A DNA stretch of 64,000 bases. It comes from Phyllosticta citribraziliensis (Eukaryota). The stretch spans positions 2,418,001 to 2,482,000 of the forward strand of contig NW_027117338.1 in assembly GCF_038025025.1 (NCBI RefSeq). The letters run 5' to 3'. The notes below the pieces were generated by a model, which had not been told where the DNA came from, did not search any database, and saw only the letters and a list, made by a program, of their open reading frames with translations. Positions within the stretch are counted from its first letter, which is position 1. Each line of letters opens with the position of its first letter. This document shows positions 22,723 to 35,115 of this stretch, piece after piece. The translations under genes and the position numbers were made by a program.

Positions 22723-24824
22723 ATGCGCCTTGATTCGGAAACCAGAAGGTCTCCATCTCCTTCCCAGGCATTCCCGAATGGCTCCAATGGCGTGTCGCCC
22801 AGGCGTGCAGGAACGGCAAAGGCCGCCAACGGCGCATCTTCTACCCACACAAACGGCAATGCGTCTACGCTATCCGCGACCTTCTTTGGCCATGATCGGG
22901 AGGAGGTGACTAGGATCCTGATACAGGGACTCACGGATCTTGGCTACACCGGTGCTGCAGGCGCCTTGAGTAATGAGAGTGGATTTGAACTCGAGGGTCC
23001 CACCGTGGCAGCGTTCCGGAACTCCGTCTTGCAGGGAGAATGGGCAGAAGCAGAAGCGCTATTGTTCGGCACAGATGACGGAGTAGGAGCCGATTGTGGT
23101 TACGGTTACGCCGGTGGAAAGAGACCGGAGAGAACAGAAAAGTGGTCGAGTGCTCCAGTGCAAGGGTTGACCTTGGCCGAGGGTGCAAACAAGGACGAGA
23201 TGAGGTTTTGGATGCGTCAGCAAAAATACCTGGAGCTTCTCGAAGCTCGCGACCTAAATTCGGCGCTCATGGTACTGCGACAAGAGTTAACACCACTCCA
23301 CCAAGATCGCAACAGGCTCCACGCCCTTTCCAGGTATGTCTGGTTCCTACCACTCAATCCTTGGAAATAAGCTGACCCGTTGCAGCCTGATCATGTGCCA
23401 ATCTGCGGAAGATCTCAAGGCGCAGGCGCAATGGGATGGTGCAGCCGGCGAATCGAGGCGTCGCCTGCTCTCGGAGCTCTCGAGTAAGTTGGATCGACCC
23501 AACAGAAATATTGCGCACCTCTAACAGCCAACAGGATCGATATCGCCCAACGTCATGATACCAGAGCGCCGCCTCGCGGTCTTACTGGACCAGGTCAAAG
23601 ATCACTGGGTAGCCAATTGTCTCTATCACAACACCTCCGCCTCTCCGTCACTTTATCTGGACCACATGTGCGAACGGGAAGACTTTCCTCTCACCGCCGT
23701 GCTGGAACTCCGCCATCATGCGGACGAAGTATGGTTCTTGCGCTATTCCAACGACGGGTCAATGCTCGCGACCTGTGGAAAAGACCAGCGGGTGGTTGTC
23801 TACAGCACAAGTAACTATCAGGAAAAGTTCACTCTGAGGGGCCACGACGCCGGGGTCTGCTATGTAGCATGGAGTCCCGACGACAAGAGGTTGATTAGTT
23901 GCTCCAAGGACAATTCGGCCAAGATGTGGGATACTTCCGTGAGTCGAACCACTGTCCAAAACACCCAGCTTAGCTGATCAAAGCAGTCTGGCGCCCTTGT
24001 ACACAGCCTTGACTCGGGTTTCGACTATCCCGTAACTGCTGCAGCATGGGCACCAAACGGCGAGACTTTTGTCACAGGATCTCAAGACAGCAATGCTGCT
24101 CTATGTTTGTGGTCAAAAGACTGCCAAAGAATCCACACTTGGAAGGACGATGTGGTCGAACGTGAACGAGGGGTTGCGCTCCGCGTTAATGACGTAGGCA
24201 TCACCCCGGACGCCTCGCGTCTTGTAGCCCTTCTCGAAAGCCACATCGTTGTGTACGACTTCGTCACACGCGAGAAGCTTCGCGAGTTTGAGATGCTCGA
24301 AAACAAGCCTACGTCTCTCAGCATCAGCTCATGCGGCACGTCCATGTTGGTGTCCATGAATGAGAACAAGATTTGTCTCATGGACATTGACACTGGTGAG
24401 GTCCTTCACAGGTATGAGGGCCAGAAGCAGGTCAAGTATATCATCAGGTCTGCGTTTGGAGGAGCAAACGAGAATTTCGTGGTTAGTGGCAGCGAAGGTA
24501 AGCTCTCCTTGACTGGACCCACCGGTCTTGTGCTAACCCCAAACCCCCTAGATTCCAGAGTCTACATCTGGCGATCAAATGGCCATCTTGTTGAGGCGTT
24601 GGAAGCGCATCGCCCTGGCTGCGTAAATTGCGTCGAATGGCATCCCCGTGATCCTACCGTCTTCGCTTCCGCAGGCGACGACCGGACTGTCCGGATGTAA
24701 GTTGACGACCCCTTGTAACATTTTTTCTTTTGTAGCAGAGCAACCATGACATCTGACCAAGTCCTTTACCAGATGGACGCGGCCGAATTCATCGCGATCC
24801 AACAGAACTGGCTTTCAAAGGTAG
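22723..24824 (+). CDS. GID/CTLH complex WD40 subunit (Gid7/WDR26-like)
   Basis: LisH (REEVTRILIQGLTDLGY), CTLH (QQKYLELLE), MIPERRLAVLLDQ and WD40 repeats. Five GT-AG introns (23334-23385, about 23484-23534, about 23939-23986, about 24498-24550, 24697-24772). TAG at 24822-24824. Confidence 0.92.
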
Positions 24825-26094
24825 CCAGCAAGCCACCAAATGGTACTTCGTCTCCACCCATCCCCGGTCTACCAAGTCTGCACTAAACATGCGTCCCTAT
24901 TACGATGTTTACTGCGAAAAGCACGAGGCCGGAGGGCTCTGCGTGACGACTACTCACACAACGATCCCGTTTTCTGGAAAGACAATCTACTGGCCATCCT
25001 TTACGCTGGACAAGCTACAAACTTGAATCCCTCTACTTCAGCCGTTTTGAGTTTCCACCCTCGGATCCGGAACGCCAACGCTCGATAGTATCTACCGGGA
25101 CTCATGCGGCTGGCTTCTATAATCCCGGGCGTTTCCGGGCACAACCCTGTCACATAAACCCTTGATTCTCCGTACCCTGGAGACGACCGCTGAAGAAATT
25201 CAACAACATTGACCTCAGAGCCAAGGCCGATGGACTGCTCATCCACGATCCAGCTTCAGGTCGCGGCTCAGTCAATTCTGCCGAAATATCTACAAACATG
25301 GGACGGAGTATGGCTAAGAAATTTTCCCCATTTTGCCCCAAGGCTTCTTATTTTTCTCTAGAGTGGTGGCGGGCAGACCATGAACTCTTTCGGAGGCTAT
25401 TTCTCTTTCACTATCCCCTCGATTCGACATTTTTGATGTTACCGTAGGCGACTGACACAGATATTGAAGGTCTTGCGGGATGAAGCAGCAGGCGTTTTTC
25501 CCATCTTTCTCCCTTTCTGCTCCTTCATTAGCTCCCCTCCCTTTCTTTTATGCGGACATATTCATGCGCACAATTACCCCTTCATGTTTTGCACTTACAG
25601 CACTGCACTTGTACGGAAGAGAGGAGGGCGTGCCGGATGGATGAGCAAGTGGGGTGGAACAGAGTGATCAAGCAAGCGAGCGAAAATAGGAGTTTGGTGT
25701 TGACGGATCCACAAGGCATCGTCCGTACCTTTTACATGGCCATCACATTGTTGATGGGTCAGTCGCTGCGGCGACGTGGAGGCTTTGTCGAGGCTTTTGC
25801 TGGCCATGGAGCGATGGGTGGACTAGATAGGGGGATGAGTAGGTAAGTAAGGTATAACCAAATACAACCTCATAATCTCGCCTGTTTCTCGGGATGTGGT
25901 TCCGCGACGCAAACTCCAAGAGACTCATAGACACAAGTTGGGCGTGCGATTGCATAGTCGAGTTGGCTTCCTAGATTCTGGCAGCTGAGCTCGTGCCTCT
26001 TCTTTTCAGGCTCGATAGAAAGAATGAGACTCCGAGGCTTGGTCACGAAAGTCGTAGCACACACAACAAGAACAGAGAATCAGTCTCACTCATC

Positions 26095-26180
26095 AGGACA
26101 CATTCATTTGCTCTATGTACTAGACAGCTGGCGGGGGGCATTCATACGTTATAATTGACGAATGGCAGGGAGCATCCAAA
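26095..26180 (+). repeat. Degenerate array E of the GGGAGCATTC family
   Basis: acattcat (26100), ggggcattcat (26135) and gggagcatcc (26168), with 34-38 bp spacing. Confidence 0.45.
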
Positions 26181-26555
26181 CGTCGAGTGCCTTGCAGCCG
26201 ACAGAAGATTCCGTGCGAAAGTTCACTGCAGTCGACGACTTGCCCGAGGACCATGACTGCACCTGCCCATTTTTCCTGCTGAACACCGGCAGTCAGGCTG
26301 GGGCATCTCTTCCATAATACAATCACTCTCTTTCCACAAACACCGGCTAAGTCTTTGCTATTCTTCCCACATCGGCTTACCAAAACATTCGTTCGCCTCT
26401 ATCATCTTCGACGCCTCTTTCTAGGCCATCGTCATCTCATCCAGTGAGACATTGATCAGCGCATTGCATCGAGGCCGCTCGCCATATCATCGAGGATACA
26501 AGGAGGATTCCCAATCGTCCCGGAGCTTTCCATCTTGCACGTCAAACAAACAAGC

Positions 26556-27556
26556 ATGGAAGAGCGCATCCTCAAAGCAAGCACCGAAACTCTGCATCCT
26601 CCCCACCCACAAGCTCTACGCGCGCTAAAACATTCCAACTGCAGCTCAACCTCCCCGCCAGCGTGCAGCTCAGCCGCAGAGCGCTCCTCTCGGTGTTCTG
26701 GGAATGCACCAGTCTCCAACTCAAGGACGAATGCGACATCGTCTTGCGCGTCATCCGAGACGAGCATGGCTCCCCCGTCTCCAAGCCCACCATGACCAGC
26801 AACTCGCCCGCGTACCAGCAGCTACAAAGCCTCTGGTTACTGCTGCACGCGCGCAGCGACGACGTGCGGAAAGCGGGCCCGCTTGTACTGAAGGCGCACC
26901 TGTACTTTTGCCCGCCGGGCCCCGACTACTTGTCTCCTGTTGGAAATAGGATTGACCCGGAGGCATTGGCACTTGATAACAGCGGTGGCCACTACGGTCG
27001 GAAGATCGAGGCGGAGCGAGCGCCCGCACAGGCGGCGTCTTCCAAGTACGTCATTCCGGCAAAGAGGGCGAATCGTTTCGACGAGGAGCATCCGGTCAGG
27101 AAGAGGGCGCGAAATGCCTCGGACGTCCCTCTCCGCGACGAGCAAGAGAGTCAAGCCAAGAAAAGGGCGAGACAAGACTCGCACGTCACGCCTCCAGACC
27201 AGCAGAACGCGGATGATATGACCATCTCTACCGAGAATCTGTCCTTGCGCGGAGGCGCCGATCCGCATCGTCCGCTCCAGAATCCCTTCTTCCCACGCGA
27301 CATCTCCCCTCCGTCAACCACTGTCACTTACCACGCTAAATTCACCATAAACCACGCCGGTGGTGGAGAATGCTACACGGTCATTGTCCCTTTGCAGGGA
27401 GACTCTTTGGAGTTAGACAAATTCATGCCGCCCGGAACGATGGAGTACATGTATGAGTTCACGGCGTGGAAACACTCGATATTGGGACGAGCCGCGCCGC
27501 ATGTCAGCTGGGACGATTTCTGCAACATCAGGCGCTTCACTTCGGTGCTGGACTAG
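26556..27556 (+). CDS. Hypothetical protein (~310 aa)
   Basis: Long ORF 26645-27556 with coding-like composition and basic NLS-like stretches (RKRAR, KKRAR). The probable first exon MEERILK (26556-26576) is joined through a GC-AG intron 26577-26644. Confidence 0.65.
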
Positions 27557-27981
27557 CGAGGGGCTGGAGTGCTTGGATGTGGTGGTGCACATTGGCCTGG
27601 GGGAGTTGTGTGTGTAGGACCTCTGTCCGCATGTCGTCTTCGGTTGGCGGGAATGCCTGCTCTGGCTGGTTGAAAGGGGTCAAGGTTTCCATGTGGCATC
27701 TGCGGCTTGGGTGGTCAAAGATTGAAGGACACCGCGTCTATGCGCCCAGAGCACAACTGGTGACGCAGGTGGGCAAAGTAGACTCAAAGCTGGCTCGCAG
27801 AATAGTGATTACAGTCAAAGAGTCGACGGTCGAAAGAAGACTTTGAGAAATCGGCTTGCGAGCAACGCAGACTCCATTGCCTGTGGTAGTTACGAGTTAC
27901 CAAAGAGGAGATTGCACCATCAGAACCACAGGGAGGCGTCGAAAGAAATCTGACGCCGTGGGTCTAGCGGTGGTAAAGAAC

Positions 27982-28040
27982 GACAGCTCCCTGAGTGCAA
28001 CCATCACGGCAGACAAATGCTCCCTGAGCGCAGCTGCTGT
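27982..28040 (-). repeat. 33-bp-period array F
   Basis: gacagctccctgag at 27982 and aaatgctccctgag at 28015. The minus-strand unit is gagcatttgtctgccgtgatggttgcactcagg. Confidence 0.75.
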
Positions 28041-28657
28041 TATATGAAAGCAGACGAGAATCTCTGGGTCGACTTGCAGTGAATGAATTCTCCCTTCACA
28101 TAGCGGCATCGCTCGAAGATCTCGTTTCTTTTTACAATTACCACGCAACGATGGGCGAAAGAGACGCGTTTTCGCGGGCAAGTGCCGGGCTGTCGTTGTG
28201 AGCGGGTGGCTTGTCGCGCACACGACAGACAGCAGAAGCTCTTGTTTGGTCTATTGCACACACTGGCAGTATCTGCGCGCACGCAGAGGCTCTGATTGAC
28301 TTTGGAAAGTTTTCCCCCGGATTCAATCTATCTTTTGGTTGTTTCTTGATTTCAAGTCCCATTGGATTTTCAAAGGCCGGGTGAGATGTCGCTTACCGCA
28401 CGCAGTGCACTTCACGCAGGGCCAGGAGCACGTCTCTTTTCGTGATTGGAGGTCGCTCGAATGGGGTCCTCGCTCTGACGGGTTTCTTGTTGGAGAAGTG
28501 GGCGAGACGCCCTGGTATCACATCGACACTCCCCGAAAAGCTTCATTGCAGAGCAATCAATCAATCAATCGACCCACCACCGCAGACCCCAGCACTCCTC
28601 TGCGCCGCCATTCTTGTCAAACTCGCTTCTCGTTCTCCAAGTCAGTCGCCCGCGCGC

Positions 28658-29309
28658 TCAAACAGTTCCATAGCCCTGCTGGCCGCCCTGCTGCGGCGCA
28701 TGCGGCGCCGGCGCGGCGTACGTCCCCTGCGGCGGCGGCGGCTGCGCCTGCACCGACAGGCCACCGCGCTGCACGCGGTCGCTGTAGACGCCCGACGCCG
28801 GGTGCGGGTCGTACAGGCCCTTGCGCGCGTCCTCGCGGCGCTTGTAGTAGACGTATTCGATGTAGAAGGCGTGGATGTGGCCGGGCAGGTAGCTGTTGTG
28901 GTGCCCCCGAGCTCGCGTTAGTCGTTCGGACGCGGGATTTGTTGGTGGATGGTGCTGCGTGCAGAGGGAGAGGGATAGGGATAGGGAGAGAATGTGGTGT
29001 GAGCGAGACTTACCCAAGGAGCGTCAACAGAACGTTGATGCAGAAGTCGGGGCCGCAGCCGGCGATCATGAGGACGCCAATGGGCGGGACTGTTGGTGGT
29101 TAGCTGGGGCTTCCTCTTGTGTGCATGTGTTTGTGTTCCACGCGGGACTTGGGAGGGGGAGCCGGTGGGCGTAGTGGTGGTGACGACGCGGGAGCTGTCT
29201 GGCGCCGCGACGCACGTGTGCCGGTGGCATGACATGGAGTGGAGGTAAAGTTGGTCGGCGCGGACTCACTGAAGAGGGTGATGAGGATGAGAAGAATTGC
29301 AGCAATCAT
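28658..29309 (-). CDS. Pmp3/UPF0057 plasma-membrane proteolipid with Pro/Gln-rich tail
   Basis: Spliced product MIAAILLILITLF-IPPIGVLMIAGCGPDFCINVLLTLLG-YLPGHIHAFYIEY..., with two GT-AG introns. Confidence 0.9.
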
Positions 29310-29851
29310 ATTGGCGATCTGGCTGTGGACGCGGCGTTTGGTGTCGGCGGTGGTCGGTGTTGGTGTTGAGGGACAGTGGGAGGTGAATGGTGAGGAACTG
29401 TAGGTGGTCGCGGGCCAGAAGCGGAGAAACAAGGCGAAGAAGAAGCAAAGGAAGGGAGGCACTGCAGTGGGTTGGAATGGCCGTATTAAGTAAGGGGAAG
29501 CCTGCGCGTCGGCGACCTTGGCGAGTAGGCGCTGCGAAGAGCAGTCTTATAGGTTGGTTGGTGTCCGTTGCTTGCTTGTGACTCCAGGCTGGCCGGGGAC
29601 GGGACCTCGACGCTCCATGTGGCGCAGCACCATGACGTCGCCTGTTCCACCCGTGGCTGTGCTTTGGATCAATGGATCTGATCGGTCTGAAATCAATCTG
29701 CTTGGAATTTCTTGAGCCAAGTGGCGCCTGATCACACAGACGCCATCTTGTTTTGCTCTGAGCTACTACCTAGGAAATGCGTCTATGCCATGCTTTCGTG
29801 CCGCCCGTAACCCATAACCTCCTGCGCCCAATCTCCCAATTCTCATCCCCT

Positions 29852-32226
29852 CTACTCTGCGTCGTGGTCCACACTTTCAATATCTGCGTCATCCTCTCCT
29901 CTAAAGGCTTCCTCAAAAGCTTCCTCATCGCTCTTGTTCCCAGTCCTCGACCTTCCCAGGTCCCTCTCCACTTGTTGCTTGAGAAACAAGATGTCGTACC
30001 ACTCTTTGATTTCGGTCTGGAAATCTTCGGGAATCACTGGCTTGACCCATGTGCTATTTATGGCCGTGACTCGACTGTTCTCGGTAGCCAAGCTATCTTC
30101 ACGGCGCGAAGACATGCTTTCCTTGCCGTTGGTCATGTCTTTGCCCATGGAGCTGGATTGTTCTTTGACTGTGAGACTCGAGCTTGATTCCTGTTTTGTA
30201 TTGCAAGGTCCATGGACAGACTGGGGACTAGTTGGAATAGTTGGAACACAAGGTGGGCCGCAGGATTTCGACCTCTTCTGTTTTTCCGCATCCACGTCCG
30301 ACGCTCGCGGAGGCGTCGAGCTTCCCTCGAAGCGAATGGTTTCATTTGATGAGCCATAGGAGGATACAAGGTATTTTACAGTGTCGGAGCCTGTAGCTTT
30401 GATGACGCCGCTTTCCGAACTTGTTTTGCGGGCAGCTTTTCGGGAGGCTGTTCCCTCGATCGAAGAGTTTACTCTGTTGCAAAGCTGCTGCCCGAACGTA
30501 GTGTTCAGCCCTGTGGTAATCGAGCCGTTTTGACACAACGAGCCAAAGCCATTGGCCGATGCCGGAACATGGCGCTGTTGGAGAAGCGTGCCCGAGCCAC
30601 AGGGTGTTGGTGGGATGCTCGCCTTGTCCTGGAATATCGCCCCGTGAGCACCACCTCTGATCATTACCGGATCCCTAAAGAGCTGGGCCGGTGACCAAAT
30701 CGAAGGACACGGTTCGAGTTTGGCTCCTGACTCTGAACAATCAACCGGCGATACCATGCTCGCCGGTGTGATGTTCTCTGCGAGACGTGTATCCTCTGTG
30801 AATCGATCTGCTGAAACTTTCCACCAAGCGGGGATGTCTGGAACAGGCTTTGCTTGAGAAGGGAAATGGTATTCCAAGCTGTTTCCTGTAGAGGCCCGGG
30901 TGGAACTAGGTTCTGATTGAGCTCGATCGAGTCCAGATTCGAGTCCCCGTTGCCACCTGGCCAGTTCTGGTGCCAATCTCTGTTGGTGCCGTAGTTCGCG
31001 GCCTCGCTTTCTCGTTTTCATGAGTGAGGAAAGATCATCGACAGAGATAGCAGGAGACTGATGACGTCTCTGAGCGTCTTGAAGAAGTTCGGAAGAGACA
31101 CGCTCATACGACGACATTCCAAAGCTTTCATATGAAGGGGGCCCAGAGAGAGGGAATTTGTTCACTTCGCTAAGTTCTTCATGTACCATAATGTCGATTT
31201 TGAGACGGATTGTCCTCTCGAAGCGGACTTGATCGGGAAAGAAGCGAGTTCCAGTGACCGTCAAATCAAGACTCGTCGGCGTTGGCTTCATGCTGGGTTT
31301 GATGTGGCCGCTCTTCAGATAGCCACCAAAGCTCGTTTGAGAACCATCCCATTCGAACGCGACGCAGTCTGACTTGAGTTGATACTCGGGACGTCCGACA
31401 TAGGAATCGTATTCGGGATCCAAGACCGAGTCGACGTACACTGGCTGTATGTGACATTTGCGGTTCAACGAGGCCTCACTGTCCAGACGCTTGAATCGAA
31501 CGATTGGGCCATAGCGTTTCACTCGACCACAAACAGTCGGCTCGCCTTGTGCGTTGATTGCCGCCGAAAAGGCCACCTTCACAGTAGGCAGAAGGGGAGT
31601 ATCCAAGAAGCAATCCCTCGTTCGCAAAAACTCGCAAAGACCGTTGTGAAAGTCCCCGCTGGATGCCAGCCAGTTGTATTGGCTTCCGTGCCTTTTGTAA
31701 AGCTCGATCATGCACGTGAGGAACTCTTGTATGTTCACAGGATAGTTTCGACAGCCCATGCTGTTAAAGGACTCGCAGATGCGATGGTTGAGGCTTTCGG
31801 GTCGTCGAGCTAATGGATTGTCAATATGCATCACAGAAGCTCTGGACACTGCAGCGTCGCTGTAGCCTCAAAAAGAAACCGCGTACCTGCACCGCACTCG
31901 TCCATTGTGTCAATGATGTCTGTGAGATGATTGGATATTTTGTACTCGAGTACGGCTGCAAACATGTCCTCCCAAAACTTGATCTCTCGGGCCTGCGTCA
32001 TCGAAAGACCTCTCCAAGTTGATGTCTCGTCAAGGTATCGCACGTTGCCTTCCGGACTTGATCCATATCTGTGGAACATTGGGATCCAAAGATCCACCGG
32101 CGAGCTCCTGACTGGTATGGAGTCTGATTCTAGGCGGAAGTGAATCTTGCGCTGCGGTCGCCGCTGATCTGAAAAGTCGCGGAGCCTCGACAGCTCGATG
32201 GCATAGAGAGGAAAGTCGCGGTCCAT
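29852..32226 (-). CDS. Hypothetical protein (~765 aa) with a Ser-rich C-terminal half
   Basis: ATG at 32226 (MDRDFPLY). Intron 31886-31810 joins it in phase to the 665-codon ORF ending at 29852. No recognised domain. Confidence 0.75.
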
Positions 32227-32557
32227 AATTGATTCTGAACACAGGTTCGCGTGATAAGGTTGAGTTTCCAAATGATGCTGGGGACTGAAATCGGTAAGGA
32301 GATGCCAGAATGACGGCTGGGATGGATGGTGTTTACAGGACGTGAGTCGTTGCTTGAGCATGATCAGATGAAGCCTTTCGCGATTGCCGCGTCCATCGGG
32401 GCAGCCACGTCCTTTGACCGCCCAAGGCGGCTGCGCGTCCCGCTCCCAGAACGCGACTTCGTAGTCTGGACGAGCGGCGCTCAAGCGACACATGCAGCAA
32501 TTTGGTGAACGTGAGCTTGCCGCTTGGTACCTAGGTATGCGTTGCCATTCTTGCCGC

Positions 32558-34073
32558 TCATACAGCATCCATGCTTGCTCTCGTAGTGAGCTTTTCGTTC
32601 TTGTTGCCCAACTTGGGAATCTGGAGAAAGACGTCGACACCATAGCCCTCTAGACTGTGCAATTCAAGACTTCCAGCCCAGTATTCGGCGTAGATTCTGC
32701 TCATTGGGAGACCAATGCCCAGTCGCAAGTCCTGTGGTCTGGTGGTCAGTGATTCGAGGGAGCTGTCGCGATGCTCGCCTTCGACACGGGATTTGGATGG
32801 CTTCACCTCTTTCATGGTAGCTGCAAGCCTCGGTACGCGAGAGAGATTCTCCCGGCGCATTTTGCTGCGAGGGCCTTTGCTGAACGACCATAGATAGGGA
32901 AGCACATCTTTCGGGACGCCGCCTCCCTGATCAGAAATCCTGATGATTACATGTTGATGAGTCTCACAGATGAGAACTTCTATTGGAGGCGGTGTCGTGG
33001 TCTTGTGGCGTCCTTGCTCGATGACAGCCTGTATAGAGTTGCGGAGCAGCTCCCCGATGATATACTCCAGATGAGAGAGAATGTAGGGAAACTTGGCGCC
33101 AGTGTGCCCATAAACCACGATTTCTGGAAGAGGAACCGAAGGCCCATAGGTTTGCCGCATGAGATCCTTGGTCGTTTCACCACATTTTTCGACAATCTTC
33201 TGGGCATTGCACTTGAGGAATATTTCACCCACATGATCATTGTGCGGGTCCATTTGGAATTTGGCGTCTGGGAAGTGCCATGGGGAGTGAAAAGTGTCGG
33301 TCAGGGCAAGATGCTGCTCGGCAATGGTGCGCCTAGAAATTCGCTGGAGTGGATCAGCTTGCCATTCACTTTCCAGGGCATTGTGCACTATCTCACAGAT
33401 CTCAAGAGCGTGGTCATGAAGTTATCGGTTTCTTCCGGCCTCATGCTACCTTGGACCTCGAGAACTCCAATGGCCAACCGCGGTATCACCGTCAAATGCT
33501 CGTCCAGTGTGTCCTTTATGACTCTGCAAAAGCGATCGTTGTCTTCGAGTGTTTTGATCTCGGGCAAGCGGCGGTATTTCTCAAAGGCGCGGTAGTAAAG
33601 CTCGTACACGTGGGAGATGTGTGGGTTGGTCACAACAAAGTAGGGCAGCGTTTGCATGTCTCGGAGGCGGTGAGCAAGCCTGCGGAGAGTCAGATACTGG
33701 CTTCTTTCTGGAATGTTGTCAAACTTGCCTTGTGGGCAGCTCTGTCCGAACATAGTTGGCCGAGCCAAGGAGACGTGCTTCGGTCAAGCGAGCTCCGAAG
33801 AATGTCAACTGGCGCAGACTAATTGGACGAGCCTCACGTTGGACCCATCTGCGCGTCATGGGTAAGCAAAGACGGCCAAGGTTCGGCGCGAGCGATTGTG
33901 GCATACTCGTCGAGGACTGAAGAAGGTCGCCAGGCTGGGGCGCTCGCGGGGCTGGCGTTGGTAAAAAGGCGCGCATGGCAGGTCTTCCGAGGAGCCAAAA
34001 GTTTGGTCGTGTGCGTGCCTCGCGAAAGGCTCAAAGCCACCCTGCGGCCATGAGCCAGCGCGGGGAGACTCAT
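32558..34073 (-). CDS. Mitochondrial pyruvate dehydrogenase/BCKD kinase family protein (Pkp2-like)
   Basis: Presequence, then ISLRQLTFFG, ANYVRTELPTRLAHRL, RISRRTIAEQH, ELLRNS (N box), ISDQGGG and GIGLPMSRIYAEYW. Introns 33906-33849, 33728-33680 (GC-AG) and 33396-33344. Confidence 0.93.
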
Positions 34074-34931
34074 TGGGAGAGCAGGGCGGTTAAAGGGCTG
34101 CGGCAGATGCAGTGGGCGATTTGGGGTGGGCGGTGAAGAGCTTCAAGGTGCGCAATGGAGAAATTTTGGCAGACGAGAGAGGGAAATGGCGGACAAGGGT
34201 GAGACTAAAAGAGAGAGTCATGGGAGTGAGCGAGCAGAAGCAGCCATGGCAAAAGAAAAAGAGAGGAAGTTGGGAGTTGGGAGAGGAGAGGGTGGTTCGA
34301 GGGTGGTGTCGCGGAGCGTGAATGTCATGCCCGGCCATGTTTCGTTACTAGCTGACTCGCGTGACGAAGCGCGTATCGATAGGGTACCGGCGATACGGCA
34401 CCTGGGCTGGCCAGCGAGCAGTGCGTCCAACGTAGGGTAGAGGCCGAGGTCTGTTGACAAGGAACGACACTACGGTAGCGTTGCTGAAAGCAGACGTCGT
34501 CGTCTTTCACAGGTGAAGCTTCTGAATTCGTGGGTTGGCACGGGGGACAGCAAGTCCATGTTTGCTTTGACGACAGAGGGAGGAGAACAGAGCAGAGCAG
34601 AGCAGAGCGTGGCAAAGATTCGTCCTGATTCTTCGGCCCTGTGCTTCTGCAGGCGTCACGGCGGCATCAGGGCGCGCAATAGGGCCCGGCCCCCTCCTCT
34701 GCTCCAGGCGGTGCGGTGCCGGTGGTGGAGCGCCTGCGCCTGCGCCTGTGGACGCTCCGGTCTGCTACCTGAGCTGTCGTTCGTCATTGTGTCCCCGCCG
34801 CCCGGCCTTAGCGAGCCCTTCCTTACATGCAACATACCTACCGTTGAATGTCCACTGCCAGGCCAACCTCAACTCGAGAGCTGTGCAAGCTATTGGATCC
34901 AACCTCTCCGACTTCTTCCTCGCCATTGCTT

Positions 34932-34969
34932 TGCATCGCATCGCGTCGCATCGCATCGCATCGCATCGC
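34932..34969 (+). repeat. (TCGCA)n microsatellite upstream of UBP15
   Basis: About 7 near-perfect TCGCA units. Confidence 0.85.
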
Positions 34970-35115
34970 CCTTGCCCGCCCGCCCGGTGCCACGTCCTCC
35001 ACTGCACCGCGACGCCTGAGCCTGCCCTGTCTGCTGCTGCGCTGCGCTGCACTGCGCTCGGTGCCGCTGCCTGCCCGCATCTTCTCATCACATCTGCTCG
35101 CGCCACTCGACCGCC

